From positions 21,206-85,205 of IMG/VR virus record IMGVR_UViG_3300037054_000044: DNA of 64,000 nt, one strand, 5' to 3'. Shown in pieces: positions 10,823 to 19,987 of the stretch. Both the position numbers and the translations under genes were made by a program. Each line of letters starts with the position of its first letter. Position 1 is the first letter of the stretch. This DNA is from a virus. The notes under the pieces are model-generated. The model made no database searches and was not told the DNA's origin. It saw nothing but the letters and a program-made list of their open reading frames with translations.

Positions 10823-11455
10823 ATGTATTACACGTATTTGTGGTTAAGAGAAGACAGCACTCCGTACTATGTTGGAAAAGGTTCAAAGAATAGAGCCTAC
10901 ATTAGTTTTTCGCATGGTGTTCATAAGCCTACAGATAAAAGTAGAATCATCATCTATCCAGCAGAGTCTGAAACCAATGCGTTTGAAACAGAGATAGCGC
11001 TAATTTGGTATTATGGAAGAAAAGATTTAGGGTTAGGCTGCTTAAGAAACCTAACAGATGGTGGAGAAAATCCTCCTAAGATGTATGGCAAAAGGTCCAA
11101 AGAAACTTGCAGAAGGATCAGTGAAGCCCTTAAGGGCGGAGTAAGAACAGAAGAGCATCGTAAAAAGATAAGTGATACTCTTAAAGCCTATACCATACCA
11201 GAGTCGGTGCGCATTAAAATGGTTACTGCACTTAGGCTAAAACTGGTAGGCAAAAAGCACCCCATATCTGAAGAAACTAGAAAAAAGATAAGTATGTCCC
11301 TTACAGGAAAACCAGGGCACAAGTCAACAGAAGAAACAAATCAAAAGATACGTTTAAAAGCTACAGGAAGAAAGCATTCGGCTGAGACTCGCTTAAAAAT
11401 GAGTATATCAGCAAAGAACAGAGGAAAAAATGGCAGACACACAGGTAGCACCTGA
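10823..11455 (+). CDS. GIY-YIG-like homing endonuclease with NUMOD3 repeats
   Basis: YYTYLWLREDSTPYYVGKG...LRNLTDGGE; repeated SEETRKKIS/HSAETRLKMS. Confidence 0.85.
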   Translation: MYYTYLWLREDSTPYYVGKGSKNRAYISFSHGVHKPTDKSRIIIYPAESETNAFETEIALIWYYGRKDLGLGCLRNLTDGGENPPKMYGKRSKETCRRISEALKGGVRTEEHRKKISDTLKAYTIPESVRIKMVTALRLKLVGKKHPISEETRKKISMSLTGKPGHKSTEETNQKIRLKATGRKHSAETRLKMSISAKNRGKNGRHTGST

Positions 11456-13898
11456 TCAGCAACAGGCACCCGACACATTACCTGCTGACTTTTTCCAAAC
11501 CAAAGGTACAGCCACAAGTGCGCCTGATACGCTCCCAGCAGATTTCAAGTTCAAAGAAACTCCTGAGGAAAAACCCCAGCCATCTGTTATGCACAATGTT
11601 GGGGAGTATGGAAAAGGCTTAGCACACTCCGTGGGACTTCCTGAGTCTATGCAAGAGGCAGAAGAAGGAACCAAAGCGGCTACTGAAGTAACTCCCATGA
11701 ACGCTATCCGCGCAGTAGGCGGCCCTGCCGTGAGCGCAGGAGAGCAAGTTTACAATGCTGGCAAGGGATACCTGAAAGGTTTGTGGAACACAGGAAAAGA
11801 AGCCTACGAAGCAGGGCAGAATATTGCCAAGGGTGGTCCTGTACTTCAGAACATAGCAAAACCAGCTTCTGAGTATCTGAATACCAATGTAGGAGCAGTT
11901 CCGTTCATCGGACAACCTACCGTAGAAGCAGGCAAGGATATCGCCGCAGGAACCAAAGATATTGTAGGAATGACACCACGAGCCGCAGGTGAACTGACTG
12001 GAGCAATTGGTCAGGTTGCGTTGCCTGAAGTGCTAGACAGAGTGCATCCTGAGCAAACCATGGACTTCCACAATAAAGCCGTGGAAACTGCACAGAAGAA
12101 ACTAGACACCGCCAAAAAGGCGGCTCTACCGTATGCGGACTCTGTGGATAAAGGTGTGCAGCCTCCCGCTAAAATTCAGAAGCCAATTGACAAGGCACAG
12201 ACCGAGTTGAATGAGGCCATTTACCACCGTGATACGCATAGGGATGCGATGGATGCACGGCGTACACACGTCACCAATCCCAAAGCCCCTGCTGCTGCCC
12301 CTGAGGTGCCTACAGAGCAGATTGAAGCAATGCCGCGCCCTGGTGCTCCTAAGCCAGCCGCTGCACCCGAGAACGTCAAAGTCCCAGGACAGGTTCAGCC
12401 AGAGGTAGTGCCACAGCCTCTGCTTGAACAGCCGCGCACTCCTATAGGACGCATGCAGCTTCCCGATGAGCAAGGCACAATGGGCAAGCCACGGCAACTC
12501 ACCGCAGGTGCCAATCCTCCCACAGGCTCATCGAACCTAGAGGATGTAGTAAAGGCTACGGAAGAGAAAGAAAAGCCGGGAATGCCACAGATGAGGTTGC
12601 CTGAAGAGGCACCGAAGTCGGGAATGCCACAGATGACGGATGAGGCCGCGCTGCGAGCATTGGAAGCTAAAGAAGGAAAGGTTGTAACGAATCCTAAGAA
12701 GTTAGTAGGCGAGCAACTGAAGGAAGCGTTGAAGCCGGGAGAAGCAGCTAAGCCTGTTGCCGAGAAGGCACCAGCAGTTGCTGAGAAGCCTGCTGAGCCG
12801 CCCGTTGCCAAGGCCGAGGAAAAGCCTGTTCTTCCCAAGGAAGAGCCCACTGGCTATACTCCCAAAGCAGAAGAAGTTGTAAAAGCTGGAGAAGAAGGCC
12901 GCACACCTGCAAAGAGTGCAGCAGAGTATCACCCTGCCGTGCAGCAGAAGGTCAACGAACTGTCCGATGAGAAACTTCGTACGCTCGCAAAGGCGCACGG
13001 CTTGAATCCTGACGAGTATGATTTCAATGCACGTGACGAAGGCCGTCATCGCACTGAGCGTGACCGATTAGCGCGGGAAGTTACCGAACAGATGGGCGAT
13101 GACGAAAAGATCAACCTAGGCCGTGCAGCAGAGAAGGCGGATAAGGAAGGTCTATTCCAAGGCGCAGATACGTCTTCCAAAGGGCGTGCAGCACGTGCGG
13201 AGAAGATGTTCCCACGTCTACGCGGTCCCGTTGATGAGCACGGTAATCCTAAGATTGGCGGTGGGTCACAAGCTGCCACAGCTACTGCCAAGGAAAAGTA
13301 CGCAGGAGAAGAACGGCGTACTGCTGAACGTAAGGCACCGCTTAATTCTAAGGAAACGGAAGAGGCTATAAAAAGCCGTAAACCATTCACCAACCCATTC
13401 GACGAAACCGAGGGTGCTTCCAAAACTATAGCCAAGGACAAGAACATGCCCGTCCACCCGGCTGAGGAAGCCAAGGCAGTAACTAAGGCTGATAACTACC
13501 ATGGTGAGCCCATGTCCTATGAGCACCACCCCATGGGAGAAGAAGGTAGCAATCAGCAACATCACGTCACAACCAAGGATACAAACGGTCGTAAGATTGG
13601 AGAACTAGTAGCACAGGACACAAAGTCCGGTGTAGCTACTGTGCGCTCCAACCAAATTTACGATAAAGAGTTGCAAGGCAAAGGCCGGGGTGTTGACCAA
13701 ATTACTCACTTCCTGAACAACGTAGGGAAAGACATCCACACTGTGCATAGCGACATCAGCACATCTGACCAAGCGAGGGGAGCATGGGATAAACTTGAGA
13801 AAGCATATCCTGAGTCCGTGACTAAGAAGACGTACAAAGATGGCCAAACTCGCTACACCGTGGATATGGAAAAGTACCAAGAAGAACTAAAGAAATAA
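11430..13898 (+). CDS. Internal virion protein with C-terminal GNAT-like domain
   Basis: 822 aa, Pro/Glu/Lys-rich; C-terminal ELQGKGRG...VHSD..TSDQARGAWDKL. Confidence 0.55.
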   Translation: MADTQVAPDQQQAPDTLPADFFQTKGTATSAPDTLPADFKFKETPEEKPQPSVMHNVGEYGKGLAHSVGLPESMQEAEEGTKAATEVTPMNAIRAVGGPAVSAGEQVYNAGKGYLKGLWNTGKEAYEAGQNIAKGGPVLQNIAKPASEYLNTNVGAVPFIGQPTVEAGKDIAAGTKDIVGMTPRAAGELTGAIGQVALPEVLDRVHPEQTMDFHNKAVETAQKKLDTAKKAALPYADSVDKGVQPPAKIQKPIDKAQTELNEAIYHRDTHRDAMDARRTHVTNPKAPAAAPEVPTEQIEAMPRPGAPKPAAAPENVKVPGQVQPEVVPQPLLEQPRTPIGRMQLPDEQGTMGKPRQLTAGANPPTGSSNLEDVVKATEEKEKPGMPQMRLPEEAPKSGMPQMTDEAALRALEAKEGKVVTNPKKLVGEQLKEALKPGEAAKPVAEKAPAVAEKPAEPPVAKAEEKPVLPKEEPTGYTPKAEEVVKAGEEGRTPAKSAAEYHPAVQQKVNELSDEKLRTLAKAHGLNPDEYDFNARDEGRHRTERDRLAREVTEQMGDDEKINLGRAAEKADKEGLFQGADTSSKGRAARAEKMFPRLRGPVDEHGNPKIGGGSQAATATAKEKYAGEERRTAERKAPLNSKETEEAIKSRKPFTNPFDETEGASKTIAKDKNMPVHPAEEAKAVTKADNYHGEPMSYEHHPMGEEGSNQQHHVTTKDTNGRKIGELVAQDTKSGVATVRSNQIYDKELQGKGRGVDQITHFLNNVGKDIHTVHSDISTSDQARGAWDKLEKAYPESVTKKTYKDGQTRYTVDMEKYQEELKK

Positions 13899-13904
13899 CA
13901 GAAT

Positions 13905-13976
13905 CTCAGGGGTTGCTCCCTGAGCCAGTGCTGGGCGGTGCTCGTTACACCGCTCAGTGCAACCTTAACGAGGGGG
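13905..13976 (+). promoter_or_regulatory. Hairpin plus RBS-occluding pseudoknot leader, copy 3
   Basis: P1 CTCAGGGG/TCCCTGAG; 13-bp P2; loop CTCGTTA pairs with TAACGAG (13966-13972). Confidence 0.7.
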
Positions 13977-13980
13977 AATT

Positions 13981-14526
13981 ATGTACAAGAACCCAGAAGA
14001 TAGTAAAGCTAACAACGCAAAGTGGAGAAAGTCTCACAGGGAAGAGGACTTGGCTAGGAAGAGAAAATGGTACCTAAAGAACCGTATTTACTTATTACAG
14101 CAAGCGCACCTTTGGAGAATCAACAATAGAGAAACTTCCCGTGAAAGCAATAGAAAATGGAAGAAGAACAACCCAGAGATAGTACTAAGAGAAGGACGGG
14201 AGTGGAGAAAAAACAATCCAGACAAGGTAAAAGTGAACGACCACAGGCGCTTGGCTCTTAAAGCAGGCAACGGAGGTTCTTTTACCGCTGCTGAGTGGAA
14301 CTCTTTGTGTAAGCACTATAGGCATCACTGTCTGTGCTGCAACAAGAAAAGAAAACTGACAGCAGATCATGTTGTCCCTTTGTCCAAGGGAGGCACAAGT
14401 AATATAGAAAATATTCAACCCTTATGCGGCCCTTGTAATTCAAGGAAGGGAACAAAAACAATAGACTACCGCAAACAAAATCCTGAAAGTCCTGCCATTA
14501 CGCAGGGGAATGCGAGTACATTTTGA
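13981..14526 (+). CDS. HNH homing endonuclease (paralogue of 5111..5710)
   Basis: NGGSFTAAEWNSLCKHY..CLCC..LTADHVVPLSKGG..NIQPLCGPCN, nearly identical to the HNH domain at 5111. Confidence 0.9.
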   Translation: MYKNPEDSKANNAKWRKSHREEDLARKRKWYLKNRIYLLQQAHLWRINNRETSRESNRKWKKNNPEIVLREGREWRKNNPDKVKVNDHRRLALKAGNGGSFTAAEWNSLCKHYRHHCLCCNKKRKLTADHVVPLSKGGTSNIENIQPLCGPCNSRKGTKTIDYRKQNPESPAITQGNASTF

Positions 14527-15278
14527 GCCTATACACTAAGTCACCGTTTAAACCGTCACCAACTCTGCTCGTGCAGGGCAGACCAGAATACACATTCGGA
14601 AGCTGGCTCGACAAGACAGGCCCAACTTTGGGCTATGTAATTTCAGACTCAGCGGTAACAACCACTGGAACTTTAACGTTTCGCATAGCCTCAGGAAATG
14701 TCCCAGTCGTGGGTAGCCTGATTACTGTGATTGGCACTGTCAATGGCAGTGGAAACCTGAATGTGACCAACGCACAGATTTTGTCTGCAACGACTACGAA
14801 CGCCGGAATTTCCACGGTGACTTTCACCATCACCTCCTCGACCGTAGCAGCGGGAACGCCTGACGGTGGCCAAGTATCTATACCGCAGCCTGAACTTGGG
14901 GATGTCCTATCGTCATTCCCAGCGTCATCCATTGCAGTTGCTTGCCCATCATCCCCTGGCAATCAGTCAGGCAAATCCCTTAGCGCCACTGTTAAGCTGC
15001 CAGCGCAGCAACTCGGTGTTGCGAGTACCTTGTCAGCAGTTACGGTTCTTATTCAAGGCGCGAACTTCGATGAAGATGCGCAGTATAACACCATAGGAAC
15101 TATCACTGCAGCAGGCACAGCATCGGGTGGGCCAAACGTTTATGACTGGCAATCAGGACAAGGTAACTCCGGTACACTAGCCTCAGGCGATGTTGATTTG
15201 ATCAACTTCAGGTTTTACAGACTACAAGTATCTGCGGCGACGGGCTCTGGACCTGTTGTCGGAACCATAATGTTCTAG
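14523..15278 (+). CDS. Putative virion structural protein (beta-rich)
   Basis: 251 aa T/G/S/V-rich ORF in the structural operon. Confidence 0.55.
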   Translation: MSLYTKSPFKPSPTLLVQGRPEYTFGSWLDKTGPTLGYVISDSAVTTTGTLTFRIASGNVPVVGSLITVIGTVNGSGNLNVTNAQILSATTTNAGISTVTFTITSSTVAAGTPDGGQVSIPQPELGDVLSSFPASSIAVACPSSPGNQSGKSLSATVKLPAQQLGVASTLSAVTVLIQGANFDEDAQYNTIGTITAAGTASGGPNVYDWQSGQGNSGTLASGDVDLINFRFYRLQVSAATGSGPVVGTIMF

Positions 15279-15350
15279 TATCGGTAATATGCGCAATTCA
15301 TAGCAAGCGGGGTAAAAGCCCTCGCAGACATTTGAACTCAGGAGACTCAT

Positions 15351-15797
15351 ATGGAACTCAAAGAAATTGCGTTGCAGTTAGCAGAGCAATCTGCACAGTT
15401 GGAACAAGAGGGACAGGCCGCTCAGCGGACTGCTATGGAAGAAACTGCTAAGGCTCTAAAGTTAGAAGAAGAGCGAAGAGCCGCAGAGAAGAAAGCAGCG
15501 GACGTAGCCAATGCACGCGCCGAGAAGAAAGCAGCGGACAAGCGCGAGGCCGAGGCTGAGCAATTGCGTACGGAATCCGAAGCACGCCGCCGCATAGAGC
15601 AGGCAGCGGATAAGCAACGAGAAGACATTGAAAAGGCCATGTATATCAAGGAAGGCATTGCTAGGCAGATGGCTGAGATAGAGCACGCGGCGGATGTCGC
15701 TGTGCGTCAGATTGAAGATGCAAAAAATCGCATCGTAGTAGCAGAGGTCACACCAGAGCATCCGCTCAAGCGTTTCTTACAACACGCACCAGAATAA
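15351..15797 (+). CDS. Coiled-coil hypothetical protein
   Basis: AGGAG RBS, E/A/K/R-rich. Confidence 0.6.
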   Translation: MELKEIALQLAEQSAQLEQEGQAAQRTAMEETAKALKLEEERRAAEKKAADVANARAEKKAADKREAEAEQLRTESEARRRIEQAADKQREDIEKAMYIKEGIARQMAEIEHAADVAVRQIEDAKNRIVVAEVTPEHPLKRFLQHAPE

Positions 15798-15806
15798 GGA
15801 GTACGC

Positions 15807-15986
15807 ATGGCAACGTTTAGCCCAGATGGAAATGAACGAAACCGTATGGTAACGCTCTGGAACCAAGGCAAAACCTTGGCGCAGATTGCTACCACGTTTG
15901 GTTGCTCTACTGCTATAGTAGATGCAACTATTAAGGCACTTTCTACAGAAGGGTGTTTTTCAGCTATAGACTACACAGGTTTGTAA
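15807..15986 (+). CDS. Small helix-turn-helix protein (59 aa, not in ORF track)
   Basis: AAGGAG RBS; MATFSPDGNERNRMVTLWNQGKTLAQIATTFGCSTAIV... Confidence 0.6.
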   Translation: MATFSPDGNERNRMVTLWNQGKTLAQIATTFGCSTAIVDATIKALSTEGCFSAIDYTGL

Positions 15987-15991
15987 ACATC

Positions 15992-16066
15992 CCAAGGCTT
16001 AGCGGCTTTGGAGCAGAGCAGGGGAGTGTCCTCAAAGCCTCCCCGCTCGACCTACTTTGAGGAGGA
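15992..16066 (+). promoter_or_regulatory. Hairpin plus RBS-occluding pseudoknot leader, copy 4
   Basis: P1 CCAAGGCT/GGCTTTGG; P2 GAGC-GGGGAG/CTCCCC-GCTC; loop TCCTCAAAG pairs with CTTTGAGGA (16055-16063). Confidence 0.7.
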
Positions 16067-16071
16067 ACAAT

Positions 16072-16794
16072 ATGCCAGCAAAAGGTTTTAGGAAAGAAAA
16101 GTGTATAAGAGGCCATCTCAGGACACCAGACAACGTACGATTAAACGGAAACTGTGTACAGTGCCAATTGCCGTTGCAGTCTCGGACTAAGAAAACCCAC
16201 TGTTTGCGTGGGCATGAAAAAACAAGCGACAACACAACTAAAAGTGGAAATTGCAGAACGTGTTCATTGGAGCACAGCAGAAGTTACTACCAAGAAAACT
16301 TAGAGTCCGAAAAAGAAAAAGCACGATTGCGACAGGCATCGCATCCAGAAGAACGCAGGGAAAGTGTTAAGAGGTTTCTTTCAACGCATCCTGGCTATGC
16401 TTTGGAATACCACAGAGCGTGGGCTAAGGCGAACCCAGATAGAAAAGCTGAGCATGCCCGTAGGACGCGCAAAAAGCACCCTGAAACAAAAAAGGCAGCC
16501 CATCACCGACGTAAAGCATGGAAGTTAGGCAACGGCGGTTCTTGGACGCCCAGAGAGTGGCTAGAACTTAAAGTGGTATATGGGCTTAAGTGCCTATGCT
16601 GTCTTCACAGCGAAGAAGCCTTGTTTGAGGTAGGTTTAAAACTGGTACCAGACCATATACAGCCTTTAGCAAAAGGCGGAAGAAATAGCATTGAAAATTT
16701 GCAACCACTTTGCCACGGCAAGGGTGGATGTAACAACAGTAAGTCTATCAGATGGATAGACTATCGTCCCGGTTTCCCGTTAGAAATTGTGTAA
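16072..16794 (+). CDS. HNH homing endonuclease with N-terminal CxRGH zinc modules
   Basis: CIRGH, CLRGH; LVPDHIQPLAKGGRNSIENLQPLC...CN. Confidence 0.88.
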   Translation: MPAKGFRKEKCIRGHLRTPDNVRLNGNCVQCQLPLQSRTKKTHCLRGHEKTSDNTTKSGNCRTCSLEHSRSYYQENLESEKEKARLRQASHPEERRESVKRFLSTHPGYALEYHRAWAKANPDRKAEHARRTRKKHPETKKAAHHRRKAWKLGNGGSWTPREWLELKVVYGLKCLCCLHSEEALFEVGLKLVPDHIQPLAKGGRNSIENLQPLCHGKGGCNNSKSIRWIDYRPGFPLEIV

Positions 16795-16819
16795 AATACA
16801 AGTTCGTTGAGGTAGCCCC

Positions 16820-18520
16820 ATGTCACTATTTGCATATCCAAACCAGAGATACACCAGTCAACTGGGCTTAGCCCTCTTCGGACAAGAAGAGATAATTGCG
16901 GAGAACTTCCTACTGATCGACGCAGCTTACGCGGCTGGTTCTTCAATTTCAGTTAACGGCACATTGGTGCCTTCCCCAAACCTGTCCTCCACCCTGCCCC
17001 TTGCGCCGTTGGGCGAGCAGCTAGTTACGTTCCAGTTTGACATCAATGGGAACATCTCAGCGTACGTTCCGATACCTGCCGCAGGAGGAGTGACTTCGTT
17101 CTCAGGGGACTCCGTTGTGTATAACAACGCACTGTCCGCTGGAGCGGTCACATTGTCTCTCATTGCGCAGGCAGCAAACTTTGTACTTGCAGGGCCAGCA
17201 TCTGCTGGACCAACAGCACCTACCTTCCGCGCACTAGTTGCAGCGGACATCCCTTCACTATCGGGTACGTATTTGCCCTTGGCAGGTGGAACCCTTACAG
17301 GGAACCTGCTATTCAGTTTAGACAATGCACACACCATAGGAGCGGTGGGCGCAACGCGGCCTAGCATCATCTACGCAGGTACCTCTGTAATCGCTCCGCT
17401 CTTCAACGCAGCTACAGGCTTTCAAATCGCAGGTGCAGCACCCTCTGGACACTTCCTAGTCGGCAATGGCACAAACTACGTGGACGCCACGGCTCTGCCT
17501 TCCGGTACTGTTACATGGAACCAAATTGGCAACGCCGCCGCCGCCCTGTCCCTGTCCAATGCGAATTACGCTACGACATTCAACCAGACATCTGCAGTGG
17601 CGTGGACGTGGGCAAACACCACGGTCGGGACTGTAGGGTCCACCAACGCATCCCCATTGCTTGAACTCGCAGCTAACTACTGGGCAACTGGTGGCGCTAC
17701 TGGCGTGGATTTGTGGACAATCGGTACTGCTGCGATAGTGGCAGGTTTGAACGGCAGAAGCAACCTGACTTTCACCCATACGGGTAGCACAGGACAAGCC
17801 GCCGTTCAGGTACCATTGCTTGACATCGGTGGAACCGATGCAGGCATCTCTCGCCTCGGTGCAGCATCCTTAGCAATCGGCAATGGGACTGCTGGGGATT
17901 ACTCTGGCAACTTGACTCTAGGAACCTTAGTCACAACAAGGTCAACTACTTTTATCAACGGAGCATCCTTCGGCGGCAATGGCTCTAGTGCAGGAACCTT
18001 TATTCAACTCTATGCAGCAGCCAGTGATGGTAGCGCGGCCACAATCCTAGCAAACTTCTACGGATCAACACAGGGCATTCTGTACATCGGTAACTACGCC
18101 CACCAAAACGCAATCGGAATCAACACAGATGGGACGTTCATCTTTGGTGCTGCACATGACTCGGGCATCTCCCGCCTCGGTGCAGCATCCTTAGCAATCG
18201 GCAATGGGACTGCTGGGGATTACTCTGGCAACTTGAGTTTCAACAGAGTTAGCCTTGCAGGTGCGGACTATGCTGGACAAGCAACTGTTACTGCTGCGGC
18301 AACGACCAAAGCAGTTACCTTTGCAGCTAACTATACTGGTACAGCACAGCCCGTGATTGTGCTGACGCCAACGTCTGACCCACTCGCTCTGGGGGTGCCG
18401 GTCGGATACTGGGTTACGTACAGTGGAGGCGCAGGCGCGTGGACTGGATTCACAGTGAACATACAAACAGCACTAGCAGGAAATGTGACGTTCAATTACA
18501 TTGTTATTGGCAAAGCATAA
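16820..18520 (+). CDS. Tail fibre / receptor-binding protein
   Basis: YLPLAGGTLTGNL and PTAPTFRALVAADIP fibre motifs; G/A/T-rich. Confidence 0.8.
   Translation: MSLFAYPNQRYTSQLGLALFGQEEIIAENFLLIDAAYAAGSSISVNGTLVPSPNLSSTLPLAPLGEQLVTFQFDINGNISAYVPIPAAGGVTSFSGDSVVYNNALSAGAVTLSLIAQAANFVLAGPASAGPTAPTFRALVAADIPSLSGTYLPLAGGTLTGNLLFSLDNAHTIGAVGATRPSIIYAGTSVIAPLFNAATGFQIAGAAPSGHFLVGNGTNYVDATALPSGTVTWNQIGNAAAALSLSNANYATTFNQTSAVAWTWANTTVGTVGSTNASPLLELAANYWATGGATGVDLWTIGTAAIVAGLNGRSNLTFTHTGSTGQAAVQVPLLDIGGTDAGISRLGAASLAIGNGTAGDYSGNLTLGTLVTTRSTTFINGASFGGNGSSAGTFIQLYAAASDGSAATILANFYGSTQGILYIGNYAHQNAIGINTDGTFIFGAAHDSGISRLGAASLAIGNGTAGDYSGNLSFNRVSLAGADYAGQATVTAAATTKAVTFAANYTGTAQPVIVLTPTSDPLALGVPVGYWVTYSGGAGAWTGFTVNIQTALAGNVTFNYIVIGKA
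17843..18236 (+). repeat. 73-bp direct repeat pair (17843-17915 and 18164-18236) inside the fibre gene
   Basis: 72/73 identical; both encode GISRLGAASLAIGNGTAGDYSGNL; offset 321 bp (in frame). Confidence 0.95.
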
Positions 18521-18529
18521 GGATAAAAC

Positions 18530-18871
18530 ATGATCACACTTTCACCAGCATCTATCACCACCACCACAGCCGTGTTCAACGGCACCACACTGGTTACGAC
18601 TACGGATACCCTGCGCGTGTCCTATGTGGAGCTAAACCTCCCCGCAGGTTCCGTCGTGGCAATGCTCGACCGTGGTACAATGGTTGACGGTGTATTCACG
18701 CCTAACCAGCCTCGGCTCCGCGTCGATGTTGCAGCGGACGGTACGTTCCGTTCTAACGACGGCGTATGGTCAGGCACACTGCCTAACTGGTCCACGGCAC
18801 TCACAGCACTTGCCTCGTCATTAGACGGGCTACTGCTAAGCGCTGGCCTAGTATCTGGCACAGCGGTGTAA
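18530..18871 (+). CDS. Hypothetical protein (possible fibre-associated)
   Basis: AAGGA RBS, follows the fibre gene. Confidence 0.55.
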   Translation: MITLSPASITTTTAVFNGTTLVTTTDTLRVSYVELNLPAGSVVAMLDRGTMVDGVFTPNQPRLRVDVAADGTFRSNDGVWSGTLPNWSTALTALASSLDGLLLSAGLVSGTAV

Positions 18872-18874
18872 GCT

Positions 18875-19171
18875 GTGCAACCAGACCAAATCAACGTAGC
18901 ACAGCAGGAAGCCCAAGCAGCGGCAGAGGGATACCCCCACCGCTGCTTAGTGGCAATCGACGTATGTGCCAATGTAATTTTGCTACGCGGTAGACAGGGA
19001 GAAACTATATCTGCCCATGCGTACCGCGCAGCATTGCAGAACAAACTGTGGGGCCGTATACTAAACGGTGCCCTCAACCTCATTCAAAGCAATCACGGCG
19101 CGAAGGCTGCGGCGGGAGACCTAGAACGGGCGACTTCAATCGCAGATACCGAAGAGAAAATCTTGAAGTAG
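18875..19171 (+). CDS. Phage hypothetical protein
   Basis: LVAID..ANV....ETISAHAYR motif common in phage late regions. Confidence 0.55.
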   Translation: MQPDQINVAQQEAQAAAEGYPHRCLVAIDVCANVILLRGRQGETISAHAYRAALQNKLWGRILNGALNLIQSNHGAKAAAGDLERATSIADTEEKILK

Positions 19172-19180
19172 GAGCATGCT

Positions 19181-19507
19181 GTGTTTAGTCCAGAGCTAGC
19201 AGCATTCGGATACAAGTTGGCTGCAAGTGCAGCCGTAGGAGCAATCATGGCCATTATCCTTTGGCCGTTCCGTAAGATAAAAAAAGAATGGGCTGTGTTG
19301 AAAACGGAGCAAGCATCCATTCACACTGAACTGGTAAAGCAACGAGAAAATCACCTTACTCATATTGAAGAGTATGGCAAGCGGCAGATTGAACTGCTAG
19401 GGGAAGTTTCGAAGACCCTGACAAGTATGGCCCTGTCCCAAGCAGAACAGACTGGCTTCCTCCGTGCATCCGCTATGCCCATGCGCCGCAGGACCGCTAA
19501 GAAATGA
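19181..19507 (+). CDS. Membrane protein, holin/haemolysin-like
   Basis: N-terminal TM segment followed by coiled coil. Confidence 0.5.
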   Translation: MFSPELAAFGYKLAASAAVGAIMAIILWPFRKIKKEWAVLKTEQASIHTELVKQRENHLTHIEEYGKRQIELLGEVSKTLTSMALSQAEQTGFLRASAMPMRRRTAKK

Positions 19508-19920
19508 AGGAAACACCTATGGTAAACGGTAACAGTACATTAGTAGAGGTATTAGCAGAGCGCATCTCCAACCTTTCGAGACGAGTCGATGAGCAGGTAG
19601 TAATCTCGAAAACATCAGTTGACGCCGCACTCACGGCTATCAGCGTAGCCAAGCTGGATCAAGAACGCACGGTTTCCGTAGCCTTCTCCGCTGCCGAAAA
19701 GGCCAACGCTAAGACTGAAGAGTCACAGAAGGAAAGCAATCGGGCTATCGGCGTCCTACAGAACGATGTGGTCAGTTTGAAGGAAAGCCGCTCACAGAAC
19801 GTGGGTGATAGAACCGCCAAAACAGAGGATAAGCAGCAATTCAACCTCAATACCGGCCTACTGGTCACCATCGGCCTTGCGTTGATTGCGCTGGTCTTCA
19901 AGATGTTCCTAATGAAATAA
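19504..19920 (+). CDS. Coiled-coil protein with C-terminal TM segment
   Basis: C-terminal GLLVTIGLALIALVF. Confidence 0.55.
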   Translation: MKETPMVNGNSTLVEVLAERISNLSRRVDEQVVISKTSVDAALTAISVAKLDQERTVSVAFSAAEKANAKTEESQKESNRAIGVLQNDVVSLKESRSQNVGDRTAKTEDKQQFNLNTGLLVTIGLALIALVFKMFLMK

Positions 19921-19924
19921 AGCA

Positions 19925-19954
19925 TTGACAACTCCACATACCGTGTGGTAGACT
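19925..19954 (+). promoter_or_regulatory. Sigma70-type promoter
   Basis: TTGACA-18 bp-TAGACT with TG extension. Confidence 0.55.
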
Positions 19955-19987
19955 TTAACTGTGGTACAACTCCAATTTGAGGAATCA

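Noticed and set aside
17843-18236. Diversity-generating retroelement TR/VR pair
   Set aside because: Only one C/T difference rather than adenine-specific changes, and no reverse transcriptase in the window.
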